Source: a virus (lineage: Duplodnaviria; Caudoviricetes). From it: DNA of 64,000 nucleotides. The translations under genes were made by a program, and so were the position numbers. The notes under the pieces were generated by a model. That model did no database searches, was not told the origin of the DNA, and worked only from the letters and a program-made list of their open reading frames with translations. This document shows, one piece after another, positions 41,004 through 50,959 of this stretch; within the stretch, counting starts at the first letter, position 1, and every line of letters begins with the position of its first letter. Location of the stretch: IMG/VR virus record IMGVR_UViG_3300022876_000002; one strand, 5' to 3'.

Positions 41004-41288
41004 CTACTTAGCTTTGTACTCAGGCATGGGTTTACCGGTGAAGTGGTTCTCAATGGCTTCTTCCAACCACTGTCTATGTCCAGACTCACCGTGTGCGATT
41101 TTGCTAAACAATTCGGGGATCAGTTTGATCACCTCTGCGGCCAGCCGGAAATCCCCAGTGGGGATGTCATGACCTTCAGCCGTATTGGTCATATCTTCCA
41201 AACCCACACCTAACGCGTGTAGCTTCTCTTTAAGAGTTGCGTTATCTGCCGGTGGGTACAGGCACTTGCCTTGGAAGTCAAGAGTCAT
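41004..41288 (-). CDS. Hypothetical protein
   Basis: 94 aa ORF with AGGAG upstream. Confidence 0.55.
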   Translation of the reverse strand: MTLDFQGKCLYPPADNATLKEKLHALGVGLEDMTNTAEGHDIPTGDFRLAAEVIKLIPELFSKIAHGESGHRQWLEEAIENHFTGKPMPEYKAK

Positions 41289-41297
41289 AAAGGCTCC

Positions 41298-42095
41298 TTA
41301 AAGCATGGAGATCAATCCAGCCCGCTCTACCCCTTGGGGTAAGTTCATGATTGTAGACCGAACCCGAGCGGTACTAGTAGCTGTTGTCCAGTTGGATTCA
41401 TCGGCGATGCGTTTTACTACCTCGCGGATACCAGCGATACTAGCTTGGAAGTCCGTAGACTTATCACCAAATACCTGAATAGTAAGCCTGTTCAGCGGAA
41501 TGTTGAACAGTTTACTACCGCCTGTCAGTTTTGTGTTCCAATCAGGATAAGCCTTCAACACCCCCGTATAAGACTCTAATAGTTTTAGCCGCGTAGTGCC
41601 ATTGGTTTCGCACAGATCCACTGGGTGGTGTGTCAATACAATACCGTTACCACTAAAGACTGGCATGCCTACGTCGGTTTCTACTATAAGCTTTTGGTAT
41701 TTCTCAAAGACCCGATCACACGTGGCTTTGATTGTCTTTGCAATGGCCTGCTGTTTAGCAGTCCCCTTAGTATGATCTTTGATATCAGCCTTAGGGTACT
41801 TACTAGACAGGCTCTTGTAAGACGGGTAATAGATGACAAACTTTACGGGTTTGCCATTACGATGAGTTTCAACGTATTTGGCTAAGTAGGCAATATCTTC
41901 CGCTACTTCCTTAGCCAGCACGCTTGGATCATGATACTCGGAGTCTTCCTTTGTGTAGGACTCTTGAGCATTGCGCACCAAAGTACGCAGATTGAACAGG
42001 ATAGAGTCGGTGTTTTTAAGCACCGACAAAGCCCCTTGTTCCAATGCCAAGGATGTCCCTACCGAGATTCCTAATGTACCGACGGTACGGCTCAT
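41298..42095 (-). CDS. Conserved protein, possibly a degenerate 5'-3' exonuclease/PIN-like fold
   Basis: 265 aa with DSILFNLRTLVRN and VLTHHPVDL; 4-nt overlap with the SbcD-like gene. Confidence 0.45.
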   Translation of the reverse strand: MSRTVGTLGISVGTSLALEQGALSVLKNTDSILFNLRTLVRNAQESYTKEDSEYHDPSVLAKEVAEDIAYLAKYVETHRNGKPVKFVIYYPSYKSLSSKYPKADIKDHTKGTAKQQAIAKTIKATCDRVFEKYQKLIVETDVGMPVFSGNGIVLTHHPVDLCETNGTTRLKLLESYTGVLKAYPDWNTKLTGGSKLFNIPLNRLTIQVFGDKSTDFQASIAGIREVVKRIADESNWTTATSTARVRSTIMNLPQGVERAGLISML

Positions 42096-43219
42096 GAGAA
42101 TTCCTCCAGTACGGCCATTGCTTCGGCGTTTGATATGTTGTGTTTGGCCAAGTTGTCTTTGAACGACTGGTCAGCTGCCAATGACTTAGGCAGCGACTCT
42201 TTGGTCAACGATGTACCAGTGTAAACCTTGGTGGTAAACAGGTCCTCGTCAATCAACTCATCGTCGTTCTTTTCGTTCTTAGCCTTGATGTGGAAATGCG
42301 GGTACTCTTTACTGAGCATGCTGATTACAGGGTTGACCACCATTGCGCTACCACCCATAACCCGGATATGGGAGTGGTGTGGTAACTTGCGCTTCTGGAT
42401 GAAATCGTGCAGGTCTGTAATCAGGTCGCCAGCGGTGATATCAGGTGACACTTCCATGGTGAGGTAGGGTAAGGCACTTTTGTTCTCCCAGAAATTGATA
42501 TCACACTTACCGGCTTTCAAATCGAAGTCCACAACCAATCCACCCTTAGGGTGTTCTTCGCCATGTCCACCACGGTCAAAGGAGCCAGACGTCGCTAGCT
42601 TACCTCTACGGACGGGGGTGTGGATATGGCCAGCCAGGATGCAGTACCGAGTAATGGACTCCCAGCGTTCTAGGTTGTGGCACTTGTGTCGCATTTTGGC
42701 AACTAACTGGAACTCAAACGCACCGTGGAAGTGGATCTGGTCCACCATTTCCAAACCGGCGTCTTGCAGTACCTTTAAAGCAAGGTCCCAGACCTCATCA
42801 GGAGTTAAGGCTCCCATGTTGTCTGGAACGTACATCACTGTCAGACCATCGAGGTGTTCGTAGGTAACGATACTCAGAGTATCGATATAACGCACATCTA
42901 GGCCAGGTGGAGCGAGATTAAGGAAATGTCGTGGCTGACACCAGTCGTGCGACGAAGTCCCTTCTAACCACACCACAGTGGCTTTAGGATTAACCTTATA
43001 AAGATGATGCAGGAAATCCTTAGCCCAATCGAATACCACATGGGTATCTTGGTGCGGTAACTCTACCATGCGTTCAAAGAAATCACCACCGAAGGTGATC
43101 ATGTCCACTTTAGCCAGGTCATGATCTTTACGCAGAAACGTAGTGAGGTTATTCAGTACGTGTGTGGTCGGCGTATTTTGGTGGAAGGTGTGGTGATCAC
43201 TGCTCCATAACAAACGCAT
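42092..43219 (-). CDS. sbcD: SbcD/Mre11-like metallophosphoesterase nuclease
   Basis: Calcineurin-like motifs SSDHH, GGDFF, GTSSHD, FHG and AGHIH. Confidence 0.8.
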   Translation of the reverse strand: MRLLWSSDHHTFHQNTPTTHVLNNLTTFLRKDHDLAKVDMITFGGDFFERMVELPHQDTHVVFDWAKDFLHHLYKVNPKATVVWLEGTSSHDWCQPRHFLNLAPPGLDVRYIDTLSIVTYEHLDGLTVMYVPDNMGALTPDEVWDLALKVLQDAGLEMVDQIHFHGAFEFQLVAKMRHKCHNLERWESITRYCILAGHIHTPVRRGKLATSGSFDRGGHGEEHPKGGLVVDFDLKAGKCDINFWENKSALPYLTMEVSPDITAGDLITDLHDFIQKRKLPHHSHIRVMGGSAMVVNPVISMLSKEYPHFHIKAKNEKNDDELIDEDLFTTKVYTGTSLTKESLPKSLAADQSFKDNLAKHNISNAEAMAVLEEFS

Positions 43220-43236
43220 TGTAGTTCCTTATTTAC

Positions 43237-44019
43237 TTAGCACTCCAGCGGGTCGTAATCTTGTTGCGCACCGGGAGTATCATTTACTTTGGTTTCGGAT
43301 TTAGCCGCACCAGTGCCGAAGTCGATATTCCACTGCTCTTTGACCAACTTGTTGATGAACTCTTTGTCCTCGTTGGACACGTGCTCATTACGGAAAGCAG
43401 CATAAAGAATAGGACGAGCACGGGTCAGTAGCGACTCGTCGATCTGTTCGTTGTGAATGTTGTCACGGATGAACCAGATCTGGCCTTCTACGTCCGGGAT
43501 GATGTTGTTTTTGGCGTAGTACCAGTCAGACACCATGTCAGTGATAGTCCGTGGCTTAACGTTAGCCAGGGAGTTCTCGGAGAGTTCTGCCAACTGCGCC
43601 GAAGCCATCGGGTCGGCCGAACGTTGCGAGTCAGCCGAGATCTGCTTGATCGCCTGTTCGATGTGACGGAACATGCGGTACTGCTCAGGACCCAAGTTGT
43701 TGGAAACCAGTGGTGGGATGATCAGCATTGGCTTGTTGTCTTTGTCGATGATCATCACCGATTGCAGGCCGTCAGCCGACAGGTCCAGCCACTCTTGGGT
43801 GTTGAAGTAGTTGCGACCGTTACGACGACCCAGGGCAAACTGGATCAGCCACTTGGCCTTGAACTCGTCTTCGTCCATGACCGTGGAGACGTTGAAGGGC
43901 ACGGTCTCACCTTTGGCGGTCATCATGCGCTTGCCGTCTACTTCGGATACGGTGTAATCTTTCAGCCACCCGAAGGACTCTTCGATGATGCGCTGTTTGG
44001 TGGTCATTGGTTGAGTCAT
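43237..44019 (-). CDS. Conserved hypothetical protein
   Basis: 260 aa ORF in the operon. Confidence 0.65.
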   Translation of the reverse strand: MTQPMTTKQRIIEESFGWLKDYTVSEVDGKRMMTAKGETVPFNVSTVMDEDEFKAKWLIQFALGRRNGRNYFNTQEWLDLSADGLQSVMIIDKDNKPMLIIPPLVSNNLGPEQYRMFRHIEQAIKQISADSQRSADPMASAQLAELSENSLANVKPRTITDMVSDWYYAKNNIIPDVEGQIWFIRDNIHNEQIDESLLTRARPILYAAFRNEHVSNEDKEFINKLVKEQWNIDFGTGAAKSETKVNDTPGAQQDYDPLEC

Positions 44020-44423
44020 CGTGCTAATCTCTCTTCGTCAAGGATGCGGTATTGTTCACCGGTTTTCTCAATGGTGCGCCCTAAATCATAGACCTTGCCG
44101 TCAACAAATACTCTTATGTCCAACTGGACAGTGTACAGTGACCTGGACTCTCTGATGTACTTGTAGGTCACAGTTACCTCAGACCCTGGGAACATCTCGT
44201 CCATGTAGCTCTTGAGCTCCTGGTTGGCTTTCTCAACCAGTTTCTCTGGGGTGTTACCGTATTTCATGAACAGGTAAAAGAAACTTGGTACCTGCCCGAT
44301 TACTTTACCCTGGTTACGGCGACTCTCTAACCAGTAGGTAAAATGTTTGGCTAACGCAGTCTCTACCGACTGGGTTTCCCAACCAACACTGGAATCCATC
44401 GAACCTAAACAAAAAGTAGACAT
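44016..44423 (-). CDS. Conserved small protein, possibly T4 gp25-like (sheath initiator)
   Basis: 135 aa with a helix followed by beta strands (ELKSYMDEMFPGSEVTVTY...YTVQLDIRV). Confidence 0.4.
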   Translation of the reverse strand: MSTFCLGSMDSSVGWETQSVETALAKHFTYWLESRRNQGKVIGQVPSFFYLFMKYGNTPEKLVEKANQELKSYMDEMFPGSEVTVTYKYIRESRSLYTVQLDIRVFVDGKVYDLGRTIEKTGEQYRILDEERLAR

Positions 44424-44478
44424 TACGCTATACCCGCTAGTGGTTATCGTAAAATCGAAAAAAAAAATAAACAGTTGG

Positions 44479-44504
44479 GCTAAGGGGTGTTGCCACCCCC
44501 TAGC
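44479..44504 (-). terminator. Hairpin terminator
   Basis: GCTAAGGGGTG-TTGC-CACCCCCTAGC followed on the minus strand by a long T tract. Confidence 0.65.
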
Positions 44505-44512
44505 TTTACAAC

Positions 44513-45130
44513 TTACTGCTCGCTAACTACGTCGTCGTCTTCCGACTTGACATTGAACAACCCTTGCGCACGATGGTAGTCAGTTGCCTTCCAGGTGCGG
44601 TGGATCGAGTCGAGGTCACTGAACGACACCTGAGTACCACCGGTGTCGAAGAAGTGACTGTGCGACAACGTGTGTTTGCCGTCTACTGTTTGCAAGTCCA
44701 GGATCCCGTGCATCGCTTTACGATAGAACGGGTTGGCAATACCCACACCTTTACAAGTGGCGTGAGTGTCTGTCAGACCTTCGATCAACCCATCCAGCTT
44801 AGCCTGCATGTGAAGCGGGTTAGCCATGATGTAGTTGGCCATCAGTCCCTGAGCTGACATGATGTCGTTTGCGTAACCAATGAAACCGATGTCGAAACGA
44901 CCAATGTGGGCACGCCCACCCTGCGATAGCAAGCGACGACCGAATTCCCAGGCACGTGAATTCAGGAAGTTATTGAAACCATCCAGAATCTTCGTAGCCT
45001 GTCCGGCCAGCCAGCCACCAGCAGCTTGTACAGCGGCGACATTTTGGTTGACGTAAGCAGCATTCTGCGCAATCTGCTGATCGGTAAAGCTACCCGACAT
45101 CGCATATGCAAATGCATGAGCGCTGTTCAT
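44513..45130 (-). CDS. Conserved hypothetical protein
   Basis: 205 aa with GGAGG upstream, downstream of the catalytic beta-prime gene. Confidence 0.65.
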   Translation of the reverse strand: MNSAHAFAYAMSGSFTDQQIAQNAAYVNQNVAAVQAAGGWLAGQATKILDGFNNFLNSRAWEFGRRLLSQGGRAHIGRFDIGFIGYANDIMSAQGLMANYIMANPLHMQAKLDGLIEGLTDTHATCKGVGIANPFYRKAMHGILDLQTVDGKHTLSHSHFFDTGGTQVSFSDLDSIHRTWKATDYHRAQGLFNVKSEDDDVVSEQ

Positions 45131-45153
45131 TGCCTAAGCCTCCCTAGTACGGA

Positions 45154-46776
45154 TTAATCAATAATGGCATGCGTATGCATCAGTGTGTTCAAGTTCATCA
45201 GGTTGGTAGCCGTTTGCGAGGCATAGTCACCTACCTTGAACGGGTTATTCCGATCCAACGTCTGGTGATGACCCCAACCACCATACGCTTTTGCTTTGGA
45301 TTCGTTATCCACCAATACAACCGCATAGATTTGGTCACCATCGAAGTCGGCGTTCTGGATCTTAACACCCAAGATTGGGAGTTTGAACGATTCGTCTTCG
45401 AGGTCCCGGTTTACCCCAAACTTAAAGGTACGGCAACTCAGGTATTCGATCGATGGATTTCGACCTGCCTGAATCAAGCACTTATTGTTCTCTTCCATGT
45501 CGCGGAAGAACTCATCAATCAACGGATCGATATGATAAGCCGCTTGCTTAATGCGAGCCAGTGCTTTATATGGGGTGTGACCACGACGGTACAGATAGTT
45601 CTTGATGTGGATTTCCAACATCGAGATTGCCATTTTCCACGGCACTATCAGCAGGTCAGGATCAATTACACCAGTTTGCGACGTAATAATAGACCGGCCA
45701 GTGAAAGGAACCGATCCAGACGCGCAGTGTTTCCGGTTTAAGCCATGTTTCTCAAACAGCCCTTTCGGGTTGTTCGTCGACCGGTACTGCTCGGACAACA
45801 TTACCAGGGTCTTGCCTACCGTCTCAGCATTCTTCTGGAGTTCCGCTTCGGTCAGCTGATGGCAGATGTTGGACTTGAGAGAGTCCACCAACGTGACATA
45901 CATAGCCGCCGTGATTGGCTGATACGAATACGAGAACGTATCTTTACCAGACTTCTCCAAGATGGTGCTGTAGCGGTTTGGCACTTTCATGTAATACGGG
46001 AAGGCAATGTCTTTATTGCGCTCCCACACTTCCATGTAAGCAGGACCCTCTTTGGTATCCTTGAAATGCTTACGACCCGGGCCTATCAGGATGTACTCCA
46101 TCAAGGCATCAGCATTACGGTAGAACGTGTTGATGTTGAACTCGGAAATACCCAAGGTTTCGAACATGTTGCGCAGAACGATACCAGTCGTGTTGCGGTT
46201 CTTGTCGACTTCTCGACGGTAATCCTTATCTAGGAAATACCACGGCACACAGACTTTAGGGCTACCTATTGCGATGTTGCTGAAAAACGTTGCCAGAAAC
46301 CCGAGGTTGACGAAACGGTCTACCCCTTCTGGTGCTTTCAGCCAGAGTTTGGTTTTATCTCCTTTATTAAGGAATTTCTCTGGTGGATCACCACATCGAT
46401 CACAGATCTGCGGGCGGTCTTCACGCAAGCGGAAGTTACCACGCAAATGTCCACACGAACACTTGGCAATAGTTTCGAAGCTATTACCACTGAACTCCAT
46501 GCGGGTTAAACGTCCCAGGGTTTCCCGGTGTTCTTCCAGCTTGAGGTCCAGGTCATTCAGGTAGATCGGCCGCAGCTTGCTGGTGTCGTGCAGGTAGTCG
46601 TAGTTCTCGAAGTCCGGATAAAGGGGCTTGGAGTACCGCGGGTCATCCGTTACGATCCCACCGAAGGGAGCAGCAAACTTATTAAAGAAGGGCATCGGAT
46701 CGATGCGTTCTTCACTGTAACTTGTCAGTAACGCAATGGCTTTGGCGTTTGACTCATTAATAGCAGGTAGTTCCAT
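45154..46776 (-). CDS. Non-virion RNA polymerase catalytic beta-prime N-terminal subunit (phiKZ gp55-56.1-like)
   Basis: Zinc ribbon CSCG...CDRCG, RNPSI and the catalytic NADFDGDQ; uninterrupted. Confidence 0.9.
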   Translation of the reverse strand: MELPAINESNAKAIALLTSYSEERIDPMPFFNKFAAPFGGIVTDDPRYSKPLYPDFENYDYLHDTSKLRPIYLNDLDLKLEEHRETLGRLTRMEFSGNSFETIAKCSCGHLRGNFRLREDRPQICDRCGDPPEKFLNKGDKTKLWLKAPEGVDRFVNLGFLATFFSNIAIGSPKVCVPWYFLDKDYRREVDKNRNTTGIVLRNMFETLGISEFNINTFYRNADALMEYILIGPGRKHFKDTKEGPAYMEVWERNKDIAFPYYMKVPNRYSTILEKSGKDTFSYSYQPITAAMYVTLVDSLKSNICHQLTEAELQKNAETVGKTLVMLSEQYRSTNNPKGLFEKHGLNRKHCASGSVPFTGRSIITSQTGVIDPDLLIVPWKMAISMLEIHIKNYLYRRGHTPYKALARIKQAAYHIDPLIDEFFRDMEENNKCLIQAGRNPSIEYLSCRTFKFGVNRDLEDESFKLPILGVKIQNADFDGDQIYAVVLVDNESKAKAYGGWGHHQTLDRNNPFKVGDYASQTATNLMNLNTLMHTHAIID

Positions 46777-46808
46777 GGCGAACCCCTAAAAACTAAAAAG
46801 CAGAATAG

Positions 46809-46837
46809 AGGCTAGGGAGGCGCGAACCCCCCTAGCC
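46809..46837 (-). terminator. Hairpin after chmA
   Basis: AGGCTAGGG...CCCTAGCCT. Confidence 0.65.
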
Positions 46838-46864
46838 TTTATTCAGTTAAAGGCCAAAACCTTA

Positions 46865-48925
46865 TTAGTACAGCGGGGTGAAGAAGTTCACCGACTGACC
46901 GGCTTGGACGATCGGACTGTTGCTACCAGCAGCCACAGTAGTAGCCAGGCCGATACCAGGCGCGAACGCCAGGCGGTTGGTCTGGAAGCTACCCAGGTTG
47001 TTGGCGGCGTTCAGGTTGCCGATACCGTTCATCGCTTCGGCCATGGCAGCCATGAAGTCCGGAGCGAAGATCGCCGAGTTGCCGAAGGCGTTGATGTGGT
47101 TGTGACCGTCGAACAGCGAGGACGATTGCTCGATCCGCAGTTTCTGCGAACGTTGCTTGAAGTCTTCCTGCTGTGCGTTGCCGTAGACCAGACCCAGGTA
47201 GTTTTCGATCGACGCTTTCGCGGCAGCCGAGTTGCCAGGCTTGGCGTTGCAGATGAACATTTCGTCCACTTCTTGGGTGTTGATGTGACGCTCGCGGTCG
47301 TCCTTGCCACCAGGGGTAACGGCCAGGCCGTTGACAACGATGGAGTTGGACTGGATCAGGATCGGCTTGGTTTGAGCCGGGAACCAGCCGCGATCGGCTG
47401 CACGGTTCTTCGCGATGACTTCCGAGAAGCGCTTGTTGGTCATCGAGTCGATCAGTGCCACAACAACCTTGACAGCCTTGGCGTTGTCCGAACCCACCAG
47501 CTTGCGCATGAAGTTGATGATCGGAGCATCCGGACCGTTCGAGATCAGGTTGATCTTGAACACCGCGTGAGCCGCCACGTTCTGACGGATCCAGTTGGTG
47601 ACGAAGTCGGTGTCGTTGATGTTCTTCTCGTTCAGCGGCGGACGGATCTGAGGGTTCAGGATCTGCGCTGCGCCAGGCATGTTCTGCACCATCATCTGGA
47701 TCCGGGTCTCCAGACCGGCCAGCGAACCACGACCACCTACGTGTTGCTTACGCAGTGCGTCGGCGAAGACGTACTGGTTGTTGGTGGTCATCAGCGCGAA
47801 CAGGCCGAAGAAGAACGGATACAGACCGCCGTTACCACGCATCATTTCACCGGCAGTGACGGTGTCGATGGTGATTTCCGGCTGCAGCGGACGGTAGGCA
47901 CCTGGCCAGATGTTCTGACCCAGAGCGAACACACTGGAACCCATGAAGCTTTGCAGGGCCTGCATGTAGTCGTTGCTTTGAGCGCGGGCCATCATGCGAG
48001 CAGCGTATTCTTCGTACGCGGTACCGATCAGCGACACGGTTGCGGTAACACGAGCGATCTCGCGGGTGTTGACCGGGTTGTACTGCTGGGTGTTGTTGCC
48101 GTTGGCGTTCATGGTAGTCACGATGACTTCCATGTTGGCTGGCGACAGGGTCTTGCCGTCGGTCAGACGTTCCTGGATGGCTTGTACGCGAGCTTCCGCA
48201 GTACGGTCTTTGCCGTAAGGGGAATCAGGCTCCAGCCATGGGGACGGAATGTCCATGCCCATTTCGACGATTTTCTCAGCACCGTATACCAGCAGGGCCT
48301 TCTCCCACTGACGGGCCAGGTACATGGCCAGGTAGTGCGGTTGGTCCTTGGTTTCGCCGGCTTGTGGATGCTTGAGCATTTCCATGTCGACAACCACCAG
48401 GTTGACGATTTCAACGGCGTTGGCGCCCTTGGTCTTCGCAGCCGAGTCGTAATGCTCTTTCAGGCGATCAACGAACTGCTTGTTGATCTGTGCCGAAGGA
48501 GTGATCGGAATCGAAACGCGTTGCTGCTGGCCGGCGGCGACGTTGATGGTGATGTGCTCGGTACCGATCGAGTTGTCACGGTCCGAGAACAGCGCCGCCA
48601 TGATGTACATCACACCTTCGATGACGGTGTAGAAGCCCAGGCCTGGCAGTTGTGCCGAGATGTTGGTGGTCAGGTGTTCGATGGTCGGTACGATCTGACG
48701 TTGCTTGGCGTCAGTGGTGGAAGTGTTGATGTTCTTGTAGATGTGGTCGGTCAGGACCTCATATACTTCGGTGACGATCTTGAGGTTCCGGGTGTCCGAA
48801 ACCAGGGAGTTCATACCGAAGAGTTGAGCCAGAAGACCGCTCGCATTGTTGGACGGGCCCGATGGCTTGCTACCACCGTTGTTGTCGGCCCAGCCACCGT
48901 ATTCGTTTTCTTTATCAAGAGCCAT
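46865..48925 (-). CDS. chmA: Chimallin, the major phage nuclear shell protein
   Basis: 686 aa, highly biased codons, located between the catalytic nvRNAP gene and the DNA polymerase region; extended C-terminal segments (NRLAFAPGIG...FFTPLY). Confidence 0.85.
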   Translation of the reverse strand: MALDKENEYGGWADNNGGSKPSGPSNNASGLLAQLFGMNSLVSDTRNLKIVTEVYEVLTDHIYKNINTSTTDAKQRQIVPTIEHLTTNISAQLPGLGFYTVIEGVMYIMAALFSDRDNSIGTEHITINVAAGQQQRVSIPITPSAQINKQFVDRLKEHYDSAAKTKGANAVEIVNLVVVDMEMLKHPQAGETKDQPHYLAMYLARQWEKALLVYGAEKIVEMGMDIPSPWLEPDSPYGKDRTAEARVQAIQERLTDGKTLSPANMEVIVTTMNANGNNTQQYNPVNTREIARVTATVSLIGTAYEEYAARMMARAQSNDYMQALQSFMGSSVFALGQNIWPGAYRPLQPEITIDTVTAGEMMRGNGGLYPFFFGLFALMTTNNQYVFADALRKQHVGGRGSLAGLETRIQMMVQNMPGAAQILNPQIRPPLNEKNINDTDFVTNWIRQNVAAHAVFKINLISNGPDAPIINFMRKLVGSDNAKAVKVVVALIDSMTNKRFSEVIAKNRAADRGWFPAQTKPILIQSNSIVVNGLAVTPGGKDDRERHINTQEVDEMFICNAKPGNSAAAKASIENYLGLVYGNAQQEDFKQRSQKLRIEQSSSLFDGHNHINAFGNSAIFAPDFMAAMAEAMNGIGNLNAANNLGSFQTNRLAFAPGIGLATTVAAGSNSPIVQAGQSVNFFTPLY

Positions 48926-49006
48926 GGAAGTTTTTCCTTTTACTATCTTCGAAGATTTGCTAGCGGTTATATCACATAAAGATAATCTTTACTGTGATTC
49001 ATTGTA

Positions 49007-49024
49007 GTAATACAGGTTTGAAAT
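49007..49024 (-). promoter_or_regulatory. Early-type promoter upstream of chmA
   Basis: Minus strand ATTTCAAACCTGTATTAC. Confidence 0.6.
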
Positions 49025-49163
49025 ATTCTTAGCCCAAGCAAATGCTATAGGTTTAGACACCAAAACTATATCACCAAATTTCCAAACTGCGTGGGGGTCC
49101 CTCCTGGAGTTTCCTCCAGGAGTACTTTCCTATATAATGGAAACACACTGAGATTATACCTAC

Positions 49164-50258
49164 ATGCAAACTCTAACGTTTCCGACTGCAGGTAGTTACA
49201 TTTACCCAATGAAGCATTACCCTGGGATGAACAACCTGCGCAGGGTTACTACTTTCAATGAGCGTGCGTTCCGTGGTTACGTTGATCAGAACCCGTTCAA
49301 CCTGGAGAACCAACACTTGTTGGTGGGGATCCTCCAGCAGCTGGCAATCGATCCTGAGTGGGATCTAGACTACGTTGTCAGCTATACGCGGTTCCGTTCT
49401 AATAGCTTAGCAACCGTGTTTAAAATTAATTCCATCAGTGGTGTAGGCGAACCTATAAAGGACGGCCTGTACCGTGAGGGTACCACTGAGCTGTGGGGTT
49501 TACTGGAACACGATAAGGTTTATCCGCAGACTATCCGTTTGGAAGACCTGCGACCTGTCGTTCCAGTTTACACCAATATACTGAAACGTGGGTATAAACT
49601 TACTGTTGAGCGATCACTCAATCCCACCCATCGTGGTTTTGATATGGCCATCATTGGTTTGAACCTGGTAGAGCTAGCCATTGGCTGGTGGCTATACATG
49701 CGGGAGGACCGTGATCGTGACACGGGGATCCATGCGTACCTGTGTAAGTATCCTCTTTATTACGCGCAACTGATGCACAACCAGGGGTTAACGGTAAACT
49801 ATCTGTACGAGTTCTTTGTCCGTGGGGTTCCTTTAAAGGACTTGTGGGAGATGGAGCAAGTCAAGTTTACTACGCTGGGTGAGGAGAAGCTATATAAAGA
49901 GTATTTCAGTTTCCGAGTGGATTTCCTGACTAGCCGTAAGCTGGTGGATATCGGTCATCTGGTAGCCAGTGTGGATAACATATACCATCCGAATTACTTC
50001 AACTATGAGGACGGTGGACGCAATAAGTTGTTATCCCAAACCCGCTGGTTATGGGAACCTAACTCGATCAGGTGGTACAGTATTTACTTTGCCATCTGTA
50101 ACGCTCTAGGGCATCCTGTGGGCGACGTTAAGACTCGATTGAAGCGTACCCTACCGATTGTGCACGAAGGCTTCAATAAGTGCCCTTCCACCTTATGTAG
50201 GGAAAGTTTCAAAAGGGAATCCTTGGAACTGCACCGCTTAATACTAAAAAACAAATAA
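49164..50258 (+). CDS. Conserved hypothetical protein (phiKZ gp52-position)
   Basis: 364 aa divergent from chimallin, ending at a 16-bp hairpin. Confidence 0.65.
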   Translation: MQTLTFPTAGSYIYPMKHYPGMNNLRRVTTFNERAFRGYVDQNPFNLENQHLLVGILQQLAIDPEWDLDYVVSYTRFRSNSLATVFKINSISGVGEPIKDGLYREGTTELWGLLEHDKVYPQTIRLEDLRPVVPVYTNILKRGYKLTVERSLNPTHRGFDMAIIGLNLVELAIGWWLYMREDRDRDTGIHAYLCKYPLYYAQLMHNQGLTVNYLYEFFVRGVPLKDLWEMEQVKFTTLGEEKLYKEYFSFRVDFLTSRKLVDIGHLVASVDNIYHPNYFNYEDGGRNKLLSQTRWLWEPNSIRWYSIYFAICNALGHPVGDVKTRLKRTLPIVHEGFNKCPSTLCRESFKRESLELHRLILKNK

Positions 50259-50272
50259 AAAGTTGTTTAATA

Positions 50273-50310
50273 TAACCTACCCTAGCCCTTGACGGGGCTA
50301 GGGTAGGTTA
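50273..50310. terminator. Bidirectional hairpin between convergent genes
   Basis: 16-bp perfect stem. Confidence 0.75.
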
Positions 50311-50320
50311 TACCAATTAT

Positions 50321-50524
50321 TCATGCTGCTACCTTCACAACAGTGCTCAGAGCATTGATCTTTGCAGTCAACTTGTTCATCTCTTTGCACAGCAGTCGGT
50401 ACTCTTTATCCAAGCATACACCTGGACCTTCTTCCCGGAACCAAGCACTACGTTTAGCATTCAGTGCTTCGCGTTCTTTGATCAGGTTAGCAACAGTGTT
50501 TACTTCAAAGTCGAAAATGGACAT
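50321..50524 (-). CDS. Small hypothetical protein
   Basis: 67 aa coiled-coil-like ORF with GGAG upstream. Confidence 0.55.
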   Translation of the reverse strand: MSIFDFEVNTVANLIKEREALNAKRSAWFREEGPGVCLDKEYRLLCKEMNKLTAKINALSTVVKVAA

Positions 50525-50620
50525 GGTAAAACTCCTAGGGTGTTAGTGTAGTGAACCAAATGGTTTACTGACCTTATACACCCTAGTTATATAGACCCAA
50601 GACTCCCTAGAAGTTAAACC

Positions 50621-50959
50621 CTAGTAAGTTCCATCCGACCGGGCTGAACGCTTGTCTTCGAGCATGGCCCAATAACGTTCTGGAGTTACCACAATAGAGG
50701 CGTCAAATTTACCGTTTGTGAGTTTGAAGAACTCTTCAATATCTTCTTCTCTCTTGAAGTAAAGATGGTTATCATGGTCGTACATATAGTACTCCACATG
50801 GGTCTCCTTAGTTACTTCAAAGCCAAATTCAAGTCTTTCCAAGGAAGGATCTTTAAAGTACGTATTGAGCTCGTCTTCATAGTTGAAGGCGCCTTCAGCA
50901 GCGAACTCTAGTCCAGACCCCTTATGTTTGTAGTACGCCAGCGATGGATCAATGTTCAT
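50621..50959 (-). CDS. Hypothetical protein
   Basis: Probable start MNIDPSL (50959) overlaps the polymerase stop codon region by 11 nt. Confidence 0.5.
   Translation of the reverse strand: MNIDPSLAYYKHKGSGLEFAAEGAFNYEDELNTYFKDPSLERLEFGFEVTKETHVEYYMYDHDNHLYFKREEDIEEFFKLTNGKFDASIVVTPERYWAMLEDKRSARSDGTY

Noticed and set aside
46904-48979. 691-aa plus-strand ORF antisense to chimallin
   Set aside because: Same shadow effect: it spans almost exactly the real gene.
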